Source of the DNA: Patescibacteria group bacterium | GTDB taxonomy: Bacteria > Patescibacteriota > Patescibacteriia > CAIXNZ01 | Length of the DNA: 64,000 bases | Assembly: GCA_028714455.1 (NCBI GenBank) | Contig: JAQTMG010000004.1 | Location: 5,425-69,424, forward strand | Reading direction: 5' to 3' | Shown here: in pieces, positions 1-6,753 of the stretch | Layout: the number at the start of each line of letters is the position of its first letter | Numbering within the stretch: the stretch's first letter is position 1 | The notes under the pieces: model-generated | Database searches by the model: none | Told to the model about the DNA's origin: nothing | Seen by the model: only the letters and a program-made list of their open reading frames with translations | Position numbers and translations under genes: made by a program

Positions 1-2
1 CA

Positions 3-404
3 AATACCCAATTTTCTGACCCGACTGGTTTATCTTCGGGCAACAAATCAACGGCCAGTGATATCACGAAATTATTAAATATAGCGCTGGCAAATCCAGC
101 CATACAAAAGGCGACTAGTTTGGATAAGTACGGATTTACAGTTAAATATAGCGTAAAAGGCGTAGAAAAGACTCGCGATGTTAAGATAGGCAATACTGAT
201 TTGCTTTTGGGAGGTTATTTGAACGTTATCGGAGGTAAAACTGGTCACGTTGAAGAAGCGGGCTATTGTTTTGCCACAAAAATTAAAGGCGAAAAAAATC
301 AGGACGTGATAATAGTGGTACTTGGCAGTGACAGCAATTTTAATAGATTCCAGGATGTGAAGGCTGTCGCTGACTGGATTTTTTCTAATTACAATTGGCA
401 ATAA
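3..404 (+). CDS. D-alanyl-D-alanine carboxypeptidase/serine hydrolase, peptidase S11 family (5'-truncated by window edge)
   Basis: Frame is open from base 3 (NTQFSDPTGLSSGNKSTASDI...). It contains the S11-type DPTGL, GGKTG and EAGYC motifs and the VVLGS...RF tail. Confidence 0.8.
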   Translation, partial: NTQFSDPTGLSSGNKSTASDITKLLNIALANPAIQKATSLDKYGFTVKYSVKGVEKTRDVKIGNTDLLLGGYLNVIGGKTGHVEEAGYCFATKIKGEKNQDVIIVVLGSDSNFNRFQDVKAVADWIFSNYNWQ

Positions 405-410
405 ATATAT

Positions 411-1535
411 ATGAGGATCGGTATTGATTGTCGTAGAATTTTAGACATTAATCATGGTGAAAATGCCGGAGTCGGTCATTATGTTTATTATTTGATAAAA
501 AATTTGTTGAAAATCGACAAGGAAAATGAATATTATTTGTTTTTATACGATCACAAAATAAAAGTTAATGAATTTCAGCAGGAAAATGTGAAAATAATAT
601 ATTTCCCCGGGCTTGAAAATATCGGTAAGATTCCATTTTTTTACCGCCATTGGTTTTTACCGCACGTGCTAAAACTTTATAAACTGGATGTTTATCACAA
701 TCCCGCCAATATTATTCCGCTATGTTACTTTCGCAAATCCGTAATCACGATTCACGATCTAGCGATTTACAAAAACGCCGATTGGTTTCCCGATCATCAA
801 TATTTTACTAAAAGCGTCACGATTCCTTTTTCAATTCGCAAGGCGAAAAAAATAATAGCCGTCTCGGAAAGCACGAAAAATGATTTAATCAAATTTTTTA
901 AGGTTAAGCCAGGGAAGATCGAGGTTATTTATGAAGGCGTTGAAGATTTTAATCAGCTTGTTATTGACGAAACAAAAATTAAACCAGAGTTAAAGGTTGC
1001 CAAGCCTTATTTTTTGTATCTGGGCACGCTTGAACCGCGCAAAAATCTGGTCCGGCTGATCGAAGCATTTAATGAATTCCAAAAAGAAAATAAAGATTTT
1101 AAATTAATCTTGGCCGGCAAAACGGGTTGGAAATATGAACCGATTTTTGAAACGATTTCTAGATTAAAACTGCAGAACAAAGTGATTAGTGTCGGCTATA
1201 TCAACAAAGAGGAAAAGATTTATTTACTTCGTAATTCTTTTGCTTTTGTTTTCCCTTCGCTCTACGAAGGTTTTGGCCTGCCGATATTGGAAGCGATGAA
1301 TTTGGGTGTGCCGATTGTGACTTCTAATATCGCTTCCATTCCGGAATTAGTTATTGACAATGCCGTTTTAGCCGACCCATACAGTGTGGGTTCAATAAGA
1401 GACGCCTTGTTTAGAATCACGAAAGATAATCAGCTTCGGGAGAAACTTACTAAAAAAGGCAGGGGCATAGCTCAAAATTTTACCTGGGAAAATTGCGCGA
1501 AAAAAACCATCGAGGTTTACAAATCAATAAAATAA
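411..1535 (+). CDS. Glycosyltransferase family 4 (GT-B)
   Basis: MRIGIDCR start, TIHDL, GTLEPRKN, FPSLYEGFGLPILEAM motifs. Confidence 0.92.
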   Translation: MRIGIDCRRILDINHGENAGVGHYVYYLIKNLLKIDKENEYYLFLYDHKIKVNEFQQENVKIIYFPGLENIGKIPFFYRHWFLPHVLKLYKLDVYHNPANIIPLCYFRKSVITIHDLAIYKNADWFPDHQYFTKSVTIPFSIRKAKKIIAVSESTKNDLIKFFKVKPGKIEVIYEGVEDFNQLVIDETKIKPELKVAKPYFLYLGTLEPRKNLVRLIEAFNEFQKENKDFKLILAGKTGWKYEPIFETISRLKLQNKVISVGYINKEEKIYLLRNSFAFVFPSLYEGFGLPILEAMNLGVPIVTSNIASIPELVIDNAVLADPYSVGSIRDALFRITKDNQLREKLTKKGRGIAQNFTWENCAKKTIEVYKSIK

Positions 1536-1541
1536 TCAAAT

Positions 1542-1571
1542 AAAAAAATCGGCTCTTAGCCGGTTTTTTTT
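1542..1571. terminator. Bidirectional intrinsic terminator
   Basis: A7-TCGGCT-CTT-AGCCGG-T8 between convergent genes. Confidence 0.75.
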
Positions 1572-1582
1572 GTTTACTTCGT

Positions 1583-2029
1583 TTAATGCCTCAAAAGGAG
1601 ATAAAGTATAATGATTTGGTAAATTAGACTTAGATTCAGCGGTATGCTCCAATTTAGTTTCTCGTGGAAAAAGTCATGAGCTTTGCGGGCGCGATTAAAA
1701 TGTTTATGGCTGATTTCATGGACTGCCACCATAAAATCAGGTAAGACGCCGCCAATGATGCCCCAGAGCACTGACGGGCTATAGGTTAATTTATGAAAGT
1801 AGAACATTAAGCCTAAAAGAATAATTGTTGAGATAATATCAAAAACGATCAGATAAAGCATGGCCTTATTTTTAAAATTACTGCGGTAGGCTTTGATTAA
1901 CGCTTTGTCGCCGTGGGGGATTATATCTAAAATAAAATGCGATAAAAATGCCAGAGCAAAAGCAAAAAGCGAATAGTGTATTTTTTCACCGATCACGGCT
2001 CCGATTGTCGCATGAACCGAGATTAGCAT
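1583..2029 (-). CDS. Membrane protein, putative metal-dependent hydrolase (HxxxG..SH..D.IPHGD..PD..H)
   Basis: Hydrophobic helices with conserved His/Asp motifs; paralog of 2023-2487. Confidence 0.7.
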   Translation of the reverse strand: MLISVHATIGAVIGEKIHYSLFAFALAFLSHFILDIIPHGDKALIKAYRSNFKNKAMLYLIVFDIISTIILLGLMFYFHKLTYSPSVLWGIIGGVLPDFMVAVHEISHKHFNRARKAHDFFHEKLNWSIPLNLSLIYQIIILYLLLRH

Positions 2030-2487
2030 AAGTAAAAGAAAATTAAATTTAAGATTACGAAAGCGGCTAGCTGAAGTCCTAGGCCGACATAAAAATTAAA
2101 TTCATATTTTTTAGAAATCAGATTATGGATTTTTTCGTGAAATTTAAAAGGTCTGATAAAAAATTTTTTGTCTGTTAAGAAATAGGCGAGTAATAAGAAA
2201 TCCGGCAGAACACTGCCCAAAAATGCCGCGCCAAAATTAAGATTGTATATGTTAATTTTTCTAAGATAAATAAGCAGGACAACATTGATGAATACAATGG
2301 TGAGATCTATGATTCCGGCTAGTGACCAATGAACTAGATTGTTAAATCTTTTTGGTAATTTAGTGTCTCCATGAGGTATTATATCACAGCAGTAGTGCGA
2401 GATTAAGCCAACAAAAAAAGCCAAAATAGGATTTGCGCTATACTTTCCGATAATCAATCCAATTGTGCTGTGGACTGATAAAAACAT
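2023..2487 (-). CDS. Membrane protein, putative metal-dependent hydrolase (paralog of 1583-2029)
   Basis: MFLSVHSTIG...SHYCCDIIPHGD...VLPDF...FHEKIH; same motif set as its neighbour. Confidence 0.7.
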   Translation of the reverse strand: MFLSVHSTIGLIIGKYSANPILAFFVGLISHYCCDIIPHGDTKLPKRFNNLVHWSLAGIIDLTIVFINVVLLIYLRKINIYNLNFGAAFLGSVLPDFLLLAYFLTDKKFFIRPFKFHEKIHNLISKKYEFNFYVGLGLQLAAFVILNLIFFYLC

Positions 2488-2489
2488 AG

Positions 2490-2563
2490 TACCAGGGGAG
2501 GGAGTCGAACCCTCGACCTCGGGCTTATGAGTCCCACGCTCTAACCATCTGAGCTACCCTGGC
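2490..2563 (-). tRNA. tRNA with CAT anticodon (elongator Met or Ile2; not initiator)
   Basis: Reverse complement folds as a cloverleaf: GCCAGGG acceptor, TAGCTCAG..GGTTAGAGC D arm, CT-CAT-AA loop, GGTTCGACTCC T arm. No encoded CCA. Confidence 0.9.
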
Positions 2564-2661
2564 CAGATAAAAGTTTGTGTGTTTTATAGTTTTACGCGTA
2601 TTTAAATTTTAGGCTTAAAATACGAGTTTAACGCATTGCCACATAGACTTTTATCTGGCCA
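2560..2661. repeat. tRNA-5'-abutting palindromic element, copy E1 (~100 bp)
   Basis: Arms TGGCCAGATAAAAGTTTGTGTG / CACATAGACTTTTATCTGGCCA with inner CGTATTT..AAATACG inverted repeat; extra half-arm at ~2673-2690. Confidence 0.8.
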
Positions 2662-2727
2662 CTGGCCATATTATATAAACTTGTATCTGGGCTGGCCCGT
2701 TTGTTTTTGAGGCCATAAAATTTTTAA

Positions 2728-2785
2728 TGCCGAAGGAGGGAATCCCCGCCTACACTAAAGCTTCGGCAGGGCAGGCGAACCCTCA
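2728..2785 (-). pseudogene. 3' fragment of a tRNA (Leu-like) interrupted in the T loop by a GC-rich mini-palindrome
   Basis: Minus strand reads TGAGGGTTCG[CCTGCCCTGCCGAAGCTTTAGTGTAGGCGGG]GATTCCCTCCTTCGGCA. Confidence 0.65.
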
Positions 2786-2791
2786 TTCTAT

Positions 2792-2875
2792 TGCCGCCGG
2801 TCGGAATCGAACCGACATGGACTTGCGCCCATACGATTTTGAGTCGTACGTGTCTACCAGTTCCACCACGGCGGC
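2792..2875 (-). tRNA. tRNA-Leu(CAA)
   Basis: GCCGCCG acceptor, GTGGAACTGGTAGACAC D arm, TACGA-CTCAAAA-TCGTA anticodon arm, long variable arm, GTCGGTTCGATTCCGAC. Confidence 0.95.
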
Positions 2876-2972
2876 CAGATGTAAGTTTATGTATGAATCG
2901 TATGAATCGTATTTTACGATTGAAATAAAAATACGAACATAATCGTGTCTACACCTAGACTTACATCTGGCC
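2873..2972. repeat. tRNA-5'-abutting palindromic element, copy E2
   Basis: Arms GGCCAGATGTAAGTTTATGT / ACCTAGACTTACATCTGGCC, inner TCGTATTTT..AAAATACGA; extra half-arm at ~2995-3014. Confidence 0.8.
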
Positions 2973-3056
2973 AAGGCCATCAATAAGGCCATTAACATAA
3001 ACTTGTAACTGGCCAAGGCCCCCTATCACATTTAGGCCTTTAGCTAAATATAATCA

Positions 3057-3085
3057 ATTTTACTATAATTTTACAAAATTGTCAA
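3057..3085 (-). promoter_or_regulatory. Sigma70-type promoter for the tRNA-Leu/tRNA-CAT cluster
   Basis: Minus strand TTGACA-17 nt-TAAAAT. Confidence 0.65.
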
Positions 3086-3135
3086 AAGAGTATAAAATGA
3101 TGTAAAGACAGCGCTAAATCCCATTTTTATCTAAT

Positions 3136-3912
3136 ATGGGCCATATTATTTCTATTGTTAATCAAAAAGGAGGGGTCGGTAAAACGACAACGGCCGTAAA
3201 TCTTGGCGCTTACCTGGCCAGTCTGGGTAAGTTTGTTCTTCTGGTTGACGTTGACCCACAGGCTAATGCCACGAGCGGTCTCGGTATTGATTATAATAAA
3301 CTTGAGCATGGAGTTTATGAAGCGCTGATGGGTGACAAACATTTTAAGGATGTTATTTTAAATACTGCAATTCCCGGCTATAAAATTGCCCCTGCCAATG
3401 CGAATCTGGCCGGTGCTAATGTTGAGTTGGTAAATATGGAAAACCGAGAGTCGCGACTCGAACAGGCACTGCTGCCCATCAGGAACGATTTTGACTATAT
3501 AATAATCGATTGTCCGCCGTCGCTTGGTCTACTTACGCTTAACAGCCTAGTAGCTGCAGAAAAACTTTTGATACCAGTGCAGGCAGAGTATTATGCGCTT
3601 GAAGGTTTGGGTCAATTGATGAATACGATAAACTTGATTAAGGGGAATATTAAACCTAGTCTAGAAGTCATGGGAGCTGTTCTGACTATGTATGATAAGC
3701 GAACAAAACTTTCAGACGAGGTTCTACACCAACTTTATCAATATTTCCCAAATCGCATCTTTCGTTCGGTCATCCCGAGAAATGTACGCCTGACTGAATC
3801 GCCGAGCTTTGGTAAATCCATTTACGAATATGATCCGAAATCAAAAGGCGCTAAGGCCTATGAGCGACTGGCTCGTGAGATTTTAGATATAACCAATTTT
3901 AACTATATTTAA
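3136..3912 (+). CDS. parA: Chromosome partitioning ATPase ParA/Soj
   Basis: NQKGGVGKTTT deviant Walker A, DVDPQAN, IIIDCPPSLG, PVQAEYYALEG. Confidence 0.95.
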   Translation: MGHIISIVNQKGGVGKTTTAVNLGAYLASLGKFVLLVDVDPQANATSGLGIDYNKLEHGVYEALMGDKHFKDVILNTAIPGYKIAPANANLAGANVELVNMENRESRLEQALLPIRNDFDYIIIDCPPSLGLLTLNSLVAAEKLLIPVQAEYYALEGLGQLMNTINLIKGNIKPSLEVMGAVLTMYDKRTKLSDEVLHQLYQYFPNRIFRSVIPRNVRLTESPSFGKSIYEYDPKSKGAKAYERLAREILDITNFNYI

Positions 3913-3930
3913 ATAATTTTTTTAAACTTT

Positions 3931-4797
3931 ATGCCACTGGGCCGGGGGCTTGACGCGCTTTTGCCATCAAAACCAATAAAAACAAAATTTTCCAACGAAG
4001 AAATCAATAAGATCGATGAAAAAAATAAGATCCTTGATATTGAATTAGATAAAATTCAGGTTAATCCCCATCAGCCGCGCAAAAGATTTGACCACGGCGA
4101 CCTCGATGATTTAATCAACTCAATTAAGGCACATGGCATAATCCAGCCGCTGATCGTCACGAGATTGTCTGACAATAGATTTCAGCTGATCGCCGGCGAA
4201 AGAAGATTGCGAGCTGCCCAGTATTTACAATTGCCAACAGTGCCAGTGATTGTCAGGGAAGCTAAGGAATTGGAAAAACTTGAACTCGCCTTGATTGAAA
4301 ATCTGCAGAGAAAAAATTTAAATCCACTCGAAGAGGCCTTGTCATATAAACGTTTGATAGATGAATTTAATTTGACCCAAGAGGAAGTCTCCAAGAAAAT
4401 AGGTAAGAAAAGGTCAACCGTGGCTAACACGCTTCGGCTCTTGACTCTGCCAGAAGACGCCCAAAAAGCTATCTTGGATGAGAAAATTTCAGAGGGTCAT
4501 GCCAGAACAATTGCCGCGCTTGATAATGAGAAACAGCAGACAGAACTTTTGAAAAAGATTTTACGCAATCAGATGTCTGTCAGAGAAGCGGAAAACCAGG
4601 TAAAAAAAGTTAAAGTCAGGGGTCATGTCAGAATAATAAGCGTTGACCCCCTTAATGCGGAAAAAGAATTGAAATTGAGAAACGTTCTTGGGCACAAGGT
4701 TATTATAAAGAAAAAAGGTCGCGGCGGTGAAATTGTCATACAATTCAATTCGCAGGAAGATTTTAACGATGTGTTTAGAAAATTAACTGAATTATAA
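3931..4797 (+). CDS. parB: Chromosome partitioning protein ParB/Spo0J
   Basis: LGRGLDAL, NPHQPR, IAGERRLRA, ENLQR, HTH region. Confidence 0.95.
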   Translation: MPLGRGLDALLPSKPIKTKFSNEEINKIDEKNKILDIELDKIQVNPHQPRKRFDHGDLDDLINSIKAHGIIQPLIVTRLSDNRFQLIAGERRLRAAQYLQLPTVPVIVREAKELEKLELALIENLQRKNLNPLEEALSYKRLIDEFNLTQEEVSKKIGKKRSTVANTLRLLTLPEDAQKAILDEKISEGHARTIAALDNEKQQTELLKKILRNQMSVREAENQVKKVKVRGHVRIISVDPLNAEKELKLRNVLGHKVIIKKKGRGGEIVIQFNSQEDFNDVFRKLTEL

Positions 4798-4951
4798 AAA
4801 CGCCTTGTCATCCAAAGCCCCTCATTAATATTCGGGGCAAGCTCCGCGAAGGATCTATAACATTAGGGGTTATGGATTCCTCACGTTCGTTCGGCCTTCG
4901 CCGACAGTAGTCGGCTTAAGCCGACGAAGGTCGGAATGACAAGGCGTTTTT
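4796..4951. repeat. REP/REPIN-like palindromic element (GTCAT..GGATCT..ATTCC..ATGAC) carrying two nested inserts
   Basis: Terminal IR AAAAACGCCTTGTCAT / ATGACAAGGCGTTTTT; core matches the reverse complement of 10970-11051. Confidence 0.75.
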
Positions 4952-6423
4952 TATTTTTTCAAGAATTTTTCAAATAGTGTTCTCTTGGACAAGATGGTCC
5001 TGATTTTATTTTTGGCCACGCTGGTCTTGGCAAATTTCAGCCAGTCCTGATTGGGATATTTGCGATTTTTATCAATTAATATCTCGATCATATCGCCGCT
5101 TTTAAGAGAAGTATCAAGCGAGGCGATGTGATTATTAATAAGAGCACCCACGCATTTGTTGCCGATTTCAGTGTGAACATGATAAGCAAAATCAATCGGC
5201 GTGGATTCCTTGGGCAAGTCAATAACATCGCCCTTGGGCGTGAAAACAAATATTCTGTCTTGAAAAACATCTATTTTTAAACGTTCAAGCAACTTTTGAT
5301 TTTCAAACACTTCTTTCTGCCACTTGGTCAGTTCTTTAATCCACTTCATTTTTTTGTCAGGCTTAATGGATCCCTTTTCATCATAGTACCAGTGTGCGGC
5401 GATTCCGTATTCTGATTCCTCATCCATTTCTTGAGTGCGAATCTGAACTTCGACGATTTCTCCCTCGGGCGTGAAAACCGTGGTGTGTAAAGAGGTATAG
5501 CCATTTGGCTTGGGCTGGGCGATGAAATCTTTTATGCGGCCCTTGAGCGGCTTCATCTCTTTATGAACCACACCCATGACTTCATAACAAGTCGGAATAT
5601 CTTTGACAATTACTCTCAAGGCCACCAGATCATAGACACGATTAATGTCCTTGTCGTATTTTATTAATTTTTGGTAGAGGCTATAGAGTTGTTTGACTCG
5701 ACCCTTAACTTCTATAAAATCAATCTTTTCTTTTTTAAGAAGTTGTTTTATAAAATCAATATTTTTTTGCAGATTCTTCTCCTTGAGTTTGCCCTGCTCT
5801 TCGATTATTTGTTTAATCCAGTTGTATTCTTTAGGGTAAAGATATTTGAACGCTTCTTCTTCAAGTTGTCCCTTCATTTCATACATGCCTAATCGATTGG
5901 CAATCGGCGCATATATCTCCAGCACTTCCGAGGCGATGCGGATTTGTTTGTTGCGGGGCAGAGCGTAGAGTGTTTTAAGATTGTGAAGCCGATCCGCGAA
6001 TTTAATCAAGATGACGCGCAGGTCCTCGGCCATGGAGATAAACATTTTGCGTAAATTTTCGATGTAGCGTTCCATACCTCGGTATTTGATGGTCCCTAAT
6101 TTGGTGATGCCGTTGACCAGCTCGGCTACTTCACTGCCAAAATCTTTCTCAATGTCTTTGAGGGTCATTTTTGTATCTTCGGGTACATCGTGAAGCAATC
6201 CGGCGATAATCATGGTCGGGCTCAACCTCAAATCAGCCAATGTCTGGGCCGTGGCCAGTGGATGAAAAATATAATCCTCGCCGCTCATTCTTTTTTGACC
6301 GGCATGAGCCTTCTGGGCAAATTCAAAAGCCAGTTTGACCAGTTCGGTATCGGCCTGGGGCTGATATTCCTTGATTGTCTTGAGTAATTTCTGAAATACT
6401 TTTTCAATTGATTGGTTTTCCAT
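4951..6423 (-). CDS. rel: RelA/SpoT homolog, shortened (HD hydrolase + synthetase + TGS)
   Basis: AHAGQKRMSGEDYIFHP, LLHDVPED, ADRLHN, QPKPNGYTSLHT, EVQIRT, GIAAHW, VFTPKG..TPIDFAYHVHTEIG. Confidence 0.93.
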   Translation of the reverse strand: MENQSIEKVFQKLLKTIKEYQPQADTELVKLAFEFAQKAHAGQKRMSGEDYIFHPLATAQTLADLRLSPTMIIAGLLHDVPEDTKMTLKDIEKDFGSEVAELVNGITKLGTIKYRGMERYIENLRKMFISMAEDLRVILIKFADRLHNLKTLYALPRNKQIRIASEVLEIYAPIANRLGMYEMKGQLEEEAFKYLYPKEYNWIKQIIEEQGKLKEKNLQKNIDFIKQLLKKEKIDFIEVKGRVKQLYSLYQKLIKYDKDINRVYDLVALRVIVKDIPTCYEVMGVVHKEMKPLKGRIKDFIAQPKPNGYTSLHTTVFTPEGEIVEVQIRTQEMDEESEYGIAAHWYYDEKGSIKPDKKMKWIKELTKWQKEVFENQKLLERLKIDVFQDRIFVFTPKGDVIDLPKESTPIDFAYHVHTEIGNKCVGALINNHIASLDTSLKSGDMIEILIDKNRKYPNQDWLKFAKTSVAKNKIRTILSKRTLFEKFLKK

Positions 6424-6478
6424 ACTACAACAATCATTATAATTTATTTTTGATTAAATATAAAGGATCATTTCACCC

Positions 6479-6507
6479 TTGACATATTTTTTTATTTGTG
6501 ATATACT
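6479..6507 (+). promoter_or_regulatory. Sigma70 promoter P1
   Basis: TTGACA-17 nt-TATACT with extended TG. Confidence 0.8.
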
Positions 6508-6513
6508 ACAAAC

Positions 6514-6589
6514 AAATGTAAGGGGTCTGTAACAAGACCTAATTGCAATGGGAAGAAGTCCGGCACTCACGTGTTGGATTTTTTCTTTT
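6514..6589 (+). ncRNA. Candidate small RNA 1 (~75 nt)
   Basis: Downstream of P1; hairpin GGTCT-GTAACA-AGACC, then terminator GAAGTCCGGCAC-TCAC-GTGTTGGATTTTTT; no ORF. Confidence 0.6.
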
Positions 6590-6612
6590 ACAAATTTTTT
6601 TAACGTCCAGCA

Positions 6613-6641
6613 TTGACAAATCGATTTTTTTTTGCTATAAT
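6613..6641 (+). promoter_or_regulatory. Sigma70 promoter P2 (consensus)
   Basis: TTGACA-17 nt-TATAAT with extended TG. Confidence 0.85.
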
Positions 6642-6645
6642 TTTT

Positions 6646-6747
6646 ATGATGGGAGAGTTGACACCCTTACATTTACATTGTAATTGGGGTTTAATCCTCT
6701 CCCGTCACTAAAAAATCCCCATTTTGTGCTTGGGGATTTTTTATTTT
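6646..6747 (+). ncRNA. Candidate small RNA 2 (~100 nt); could instead be a leaderless 21-aa ORF at 6646-6711
   Basis: Long hairpin closed by TGATGGGAGAG / CTCTCCCGTCA, followed by a terminator. Confidence 0.6.
6710..6747. terminator. Bidirectional terminator (topA / sRNA2)
   Basis: AAAAAATCCCCA-loop-TGGGGATTTTTT. Confidence 0.8.
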
Positions 6748-6753
6748 ATATTA

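Noticed and set aside
2727-3016. ORF-track entries 2727-2942 and 2783-3016
   Set aside because: They overlap tRNA-Leu and palindromic elements; spurious
3020-4950. parS site or replication origin near parAB
   Set aside because: I found no TGTTTCACGTGAAACA-like palindrome or DnaA-box cluster by eye
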